In this document: positions 59,499-64,000 of the stretch, piece after piece
Numbering within the stretch: the first letter of the stretch is position 1
Layout of the letters: each line of letters begins with the position of its first letter
From: Batkoa obscura
Taxonomy: Eukaryota
NCBI GenBank assembly: GCA_030770535.1
Contig: JASVEC010000002.1
Span: 1,302,001-1,366,000, forward strand
Length of the DNA stretch: 64,000 nt
Direction of reading: 5' to 3'
Made by a program: the position numbers and the translations under genes
The notes under the pieces: model-generated
The model's input: only the letters and a program-made list of their open reading frames with translations
Told to the model about the DNA's origin: nothing
The model's database searches: none

Positions 59499-60599
59499 AT
59501 GAGCTACAACAAGCATTTACAACAATCTTTACAACTTGGCGATTTAACTTTAAACAATAGAGTGATTGTAGCATCTATGACTCGTAACCGAGGTAAAATC
59601 CCAAATCAAGATAACATCGATTACTATACTCAACGTGCCTCTTCTGGATTAATATTGAGTGAGAGTATATTAATAGAACCTCAAGGTGTAGAATGGCTTG
59701 AAGCGCCAGGGATATGGAATCAAGAACAAATTGATGGCTGGAAAAAGTTAACAGATAGTGTACATCAAGGAAATGGGAAAATATTTGCTCAATTGTGGCA
59801 TGCTGGTAGAGCAGCGAATGCATTACACAATGCTGGAGTACCTCCACCAGCTCCTTCAGCTATTAAAGCCAGTGGTGGCTCATTTCGTTTGTTGATTGAT
59901 GAGCCAGGGTATTCAGTTCCTAAAGCTATTGAGAATCCTAAATATTATATACAAATGTTTCAAAAGGCAGCTATTAACGCAAAGCAAGCTGGATTTGATG
60001 GGATTGAGTTACATGCTAGTGGTGGCTTTTTAGTTCACCAATTTTTAGAGTCACGTTCAAATCAACGTACAGATGAATATGGTGGCAATGTTGAAAATCG
60101 AGCTAAGTTTTTATTGGAAATCATTGATGAATTTGTTAAAATTTATCCACCAAGTAGAGTTGGAATTAAATTAAGTCCATGTGGTGGGTATAATGATATG
60201 GGAGAGAAAAATCAAGAAGAGGCTTATAAGTTATATAATTATGTAATAACTCAACTTGATCAACGTAATATTGGATATATTCAACTTGTACGTTATAATC
60301 CCAATTTTGACAGTAATAAATCGGGCATTAATTTAAATCTAGAATCATTTTTTCGATTAATTAAAAATGCTAAGATTTTTATTAATGGTGGTTTCTCTGC
60401 TGAAGAAGGTAATCAATTCATTGAAGATAATAAGGCAGACGCTATTGTTTATGGTCGTCCTTTTGTTGCTAATCCGGATCTCCCAAACCGCTTTTTCAAT
60501 AATTATGAATTATCACCAATCAAAGACTACTTTTCTCTTTATAATTATAGTGATGGAAAACAATATGTTGGTTACTCAGATTATGCTAATTATTCATAA
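59499..60599 (+). CDS. Old yellow enzyme / NADH:flavin oxidoreductase family protein
   Basis: NRVIVASMTRNR, YYTQRAS, QLWHAGR, AGFDGIELH, SNQRTDEYGG..ENR and YGRPFVANPDLP. Confidence 0.95.
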   Translation: MSYNKHLQQSLQLGDLTLNNRVIVASMTRNRGKIPNQDNIDYYTQRASSGLILSESILIEPQGVEWLEAPGIWNQEQIDGWKKLTDSVHQGNGKIFAQLWHAGRAANALHNAGVPPPAPSAIKASGGSFRLLIDEPGYSVPKAIENPKYYIQMFQKAAINAKQAGFDGIELHASGGFLVHQFLESRSNQRTDEYGGNVENRAKFLLEIIDEFVKIYPPSRVGIKLSPCGGYNDMGEKNQEEAYKLYNYVITQLDQRNIGYIQLVRYNPNFDSNKSGINLNLESFFRLIKNAKIFINGGFSAEEGNQFIEDNKADAIVYGRPFVANPDLPNRFFNNYELSPIKDYFSLYNYSDGKQYVGYSDYANYS

Positions 60600-61166
60600 T
60601 AAAATTGAATCACTTTTCGTAGCTCTTTATTTAATATTTTAATATTTTCATTATTTAGGATAAATTAAATTTTATTTTAAAACTATTATAACTATTATCT
60701 AATTCTTATTATAATTAGCTTTAAAAGCAGGTAATTGAAATAATATATTGTAATTCAATAATCAGGATATACAATCAAGCGTGTTGGGCAGAAATGGGTA
60801 AACAACCAGTTTTAATTTTATAAATCCTAATTTAAGTGGATGATTTAATTTAAAGTTAACCAATTAAAGTCTAATTCAATTGAAATCTAGTTAATAATAC
60901 AAAAAATCAGTTGCTTAGCATTAAAAGATAAAAATGTTGTTTCAAATAAGGTTAAGCATGATTTGATAATAAATGAGAAAGAACATTCAAACTGTGACTG
61001 CATTATTGAACCAGTTTCACAAAATTACGTAAAACCTATCGATTTAATTTATTTGATTGGCAGCTTGGATCAGCTGTTGATTGAATTCCCCACATGCATT
61101 CAAGGTTCAGAAAGTATAAATAGAGTCATTAAATTTTTTAAATACTTTCTACATTTCTTCTAAAAA

Positions 61167-61751
61167 ATGGCTAATAATGAATCTTTTAAACCTTCGAAAC
61201 CTATTTCTATCAATACTAACAAAAATCAATTAACTAACCGCTCATTTGGGAGCTGGTCCCCAATATCCGGTAGTATCCTTGGTGGTGGAAAACATCCTGT
61301 ATTTCCATCCGCATCGCCAAGTAATAGTTTACCACCATTGTCACCAGCCTCACCATCCTCATTAAATTCTCAAGTAGAAAATGTACCAAATACAGTTAAT
61401 TTGGGACGTCGAATGAGTCTTAATATTGGTGCTAGCTCCTTAGCTACACCATTTTTTCAAACAAATAAGCCAACTAAGGAAGTAAAGGCAACTAATTCGC
61501 CAGAAAAAGAAGAGAGACCATTGGTTCGTCGTACTCGAACTCTTAGTACATCAGATGCTAGAAATGATAATACAGCTGGTATTGCTGAAAAATGGGGATT
61601 CGGTATACGTGAACCTAAAGAATATTCTAAAACTTTACCAAATATGCGTAAAACTCGAGCAGATTTTTTAAGAGAAACTTCATCAACTAAAGAAAATCGT
61701 TCACGTTCACCAATGAGAGATCTTATCCTTAAAGGTCAATTCGATATGTAG
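61167..61751 (+). CDS. Hypothetical Ser/Pro-rich disordered protein
   Basis: 194-aa ORF with TATAAA upstream, basophilic kinase-type sites RRMS and RTRTLS, and C-terminal SPMRDLILKGQFDM. Confidence 0.75.
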   Translation: MANNESFKPSKPISINTNKNQLTNRSFGSWSPISGSILGGGKHPVFPSASPSNSLPPLSPASPSSLNSQVENVPNTVNLGRRMSLNIGASSLATPFFQTNKPTKEVKATNSPEKEERPLVRRTRTLSTSDARNDNTAGIAEKWGFGIREPKEYSKTLPNMRKTRADFLRETSSTKENRSRSPMRDLILKGQFDM

Positions 61752-62659
61752 ATATCATTTTTATTTATAACCCTTATCGTTTTTTATTGTGTATAACTAT
61801 TATTTTTTATGCTTTTATAAATAAACTAACTTAGTTTTTTTTACACTTGAATTAGAATTAACCTTTTAAAGTAAACTGTTTATTCTTTTTTAAGATTTTA
61901 AAGATGTTTCAAAATACATTCACATTCACACGCTTAATAATGATTTGATAAGATAAAAAGTTGTTAAATTTGAATCGGCATTAAAAGCTTTAAAGTTTAA
62001 TTAAAAGATATTATTTTTTTCATGAAATGTACTGAGGTAGTTTGACTGAATTTGTTATGTAAAAATAATGAAAAAGGACACACTCTATCCATAATAAGAA
62101 ATAAAATCATTAACTAAATTTTAACTTAGTGAAGATAAAAAGTTATTCATAAAGGCTGACGTTTCTTGTTTGAAATTTAAATAGAGAAATTCGATGATTT
62201 TATGCTTAAAGTAAATAAATATCTGAAAAAAATCAGTTTATTTTGACATTATAAAATCAATATTATAATATTGAGTAATTAGCTATGAGTTAAATATAAG
62301 AACTGTTAAAGCTTATTTGATGAATTGATTTCAAATTGAGATTCTTTTTAATTTTTACAATCAGCATTTATATCTAAGTTTTAACAAAATTCGATTCAAT
62401 AAAAATAAGTTTAAGTTTCAAAATTTATTTTATAAAATGTTTTTGACAAAAACATTAAATTACAATAAATGTATTTAAATACTTGATATATTTTATTCAA
62501 TGAAATAATGATTTTAATCTATCGTCATAATTACTTAATAATTTGATTTTTTATTAATAGTTTTATTATTAAATTTAATAAACCTATTTCACTTAACTAT
62601 AGAAATTGTATTTCTAATTAAAAGATTTTTATTAATTCTGTATTAATCAATAAAAATAT

Positions 62660-62758
62660 GGGGATGCATTTTTGTATTTAAGAATTTTACTAATAATTTT
62701 TCCACTCAAATAGCGCTTAAAAGATGGAAAAAGTAACGAAGCCAAAAAAAACATTCCC
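62660..62758 (+). mobile_element. MITE family A copy (near consensus), followed by a partial copy at ~62787-62866
   Basis: ATAT|GGGGATGCATTTTTG...AAAACATTCCC|ATAT. Confidence 0.87.
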
Positions 62759-63512
62759 ATATTAAGTTTATTAATGACTAAAAATAGAGATGTTTTAAGA
62801 ATTTTGCTAACAATTTTCACTCAAATAACGCTTACAAGATGAAAAAAGTAATGAAGCGAAAAAAACTGAATTCAAAGAGCAAACTAGTATTTTTAATAAA
62901 GCTTACAAGGTATTGGACAGTTGGAATAAGCAGTTTCATTTATTTGCTATCTAGAATCAGTAGCATACTAAAATATCAAATACGTCATTAATAATATATA
63001 ATTGAAATTTATTTTTGTTTTTTAGATTATTTATTTTTATAGTATTAATATTAGTCTTATATTTTAAACAGTAGTATTGAAACTATTAATAAAATATTAA
63101 TTTATCTGTTTTTTTAAAGACATTATTTCAATAAACTATAAACTTATAAATTATTTAATAGTTACAAAGTTTTGTATAAATATCTTTTATTAATATTAGA
63201 GGATACTCGATTATTATTTTATTCAGCTAATTACCTACTTTTTTTATACTTTATCTATTTTATTTTGATATTATGATATTTAAAACAAGGGCATTAATAA
63301 GATTTATTATTAAAATATTAATTAAAATGTATAATATAAATAGCTTAAATTTTATAAAATAATGGCATATTACAAATCAAACTAGATAAAAGTTTCTTTA
63401 TTAAATTTATTATTACTTCTTTAATTAGTTTTACTATATTGATCTTAGGTTAAAAATTAAATTACTTTTATTTAGATTATAATAAAAACAAATAAAAAAT
63501 ACCTCAGTAATT

Positions 63513-63608
63513 GGGGATATATTTTTGTGCTTAAGAATTCTACTAACAAATTTTCCGCTTAAATAATACAAAAAGTGGAAAAATAATGAAGTCAAAAAAA
63601 ACACTCCC
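63513..63608 (+). mobile_element. MITE family A copy
   Basis: AATT|GGGGATA...CACTCCC|AATT. Confidence 0.82.
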
Positions 63609-63844
63609 AATTTATAACAAATATTTTTAAACAAATCATATTACTTTTTTTATACTTTATGAACTAAAATTAAGTTTTGTTATAACTTATCAAAATAGAG
63701 AGTTATTGGTCTATAATTGGATTTTAGATTAAATTATTATAAAAATAAAAATAAATACTTTTAGAAAAATTAGTAGTAAATTAATAAAATAAATAAATAT
63801 TTCTTAAATAGTTTAATTTTAACCCAAATATTGAAGAATGATAT

Positions 63845-63939
63845 GAGGGTATTTTTTTTACTTCACTTTTTTCATGTTTTAAGCGCTATTTGAGCAGAAA
63901 AATTGTTAGTAAAATTCTTAAACATAAAAACACATCCTC
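63845..63939 (-). mobile_element. MITE family A copy (reverse)
   Basis: ATAT|GAGGG...CATCCTC|ATAT. Confidence 0.82.
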
Positions 63940-64000
63940 ATATAGGTAATTTATTTCAATATGAAATGAAGTCGTTAAATCGATTATCTTTAATTATTAT

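Noticed and set aside
15137..63634. Short ORFs at 15137, 23486, 23569, 32128 and 63434
   Set aside because: They run through MITE copies and AT-rich DNA, mostly from non-ATG starts, with no protein features.

Overview
Very AT-rich eukaryotic (fungal) genomic DNA with short GT-AG introns. An early-diverging fungus, perhaps Entomophthoromycota/Conidiobolus-like, is an inference only. Housekeeping genes (GET3, MPP10, GLE1, Ras, FKS-type glucan synthase, DBP6, TRAP1/Hsp90, an old yellow enzyme) flank a ~21 kb island of secreted-protein genes (10.7-31.8 kb). The island holds two CX3C/CX3C Ser/Thr-rich GPI-type proteins, two identical Gly/Ser/Ala/Asn-rich secreted proteins and nine copies of a 10-cysteine CSalpha-beta defensin-like peptide gene. 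The peptide array includes a 673-bp-arm palindrome, a predicted 5'-UTR intron shared by the copies and signs of gene conversion. About 19 copies of a ~97-bp MITE with 4-bp AWWT target duplications (Sola-like) are scattered through intergenic DNA. Other oddities are a GLE1 with an internally duplicated domain and an FxF tail, a catalytically altered GH18 protein, an FKS hot spot 1 with resistance-type residues, an OYE with an altered active site, a Ras with a Rho-like P-loop, and several fold-back hairpins. Exon boundaries were read by eye.
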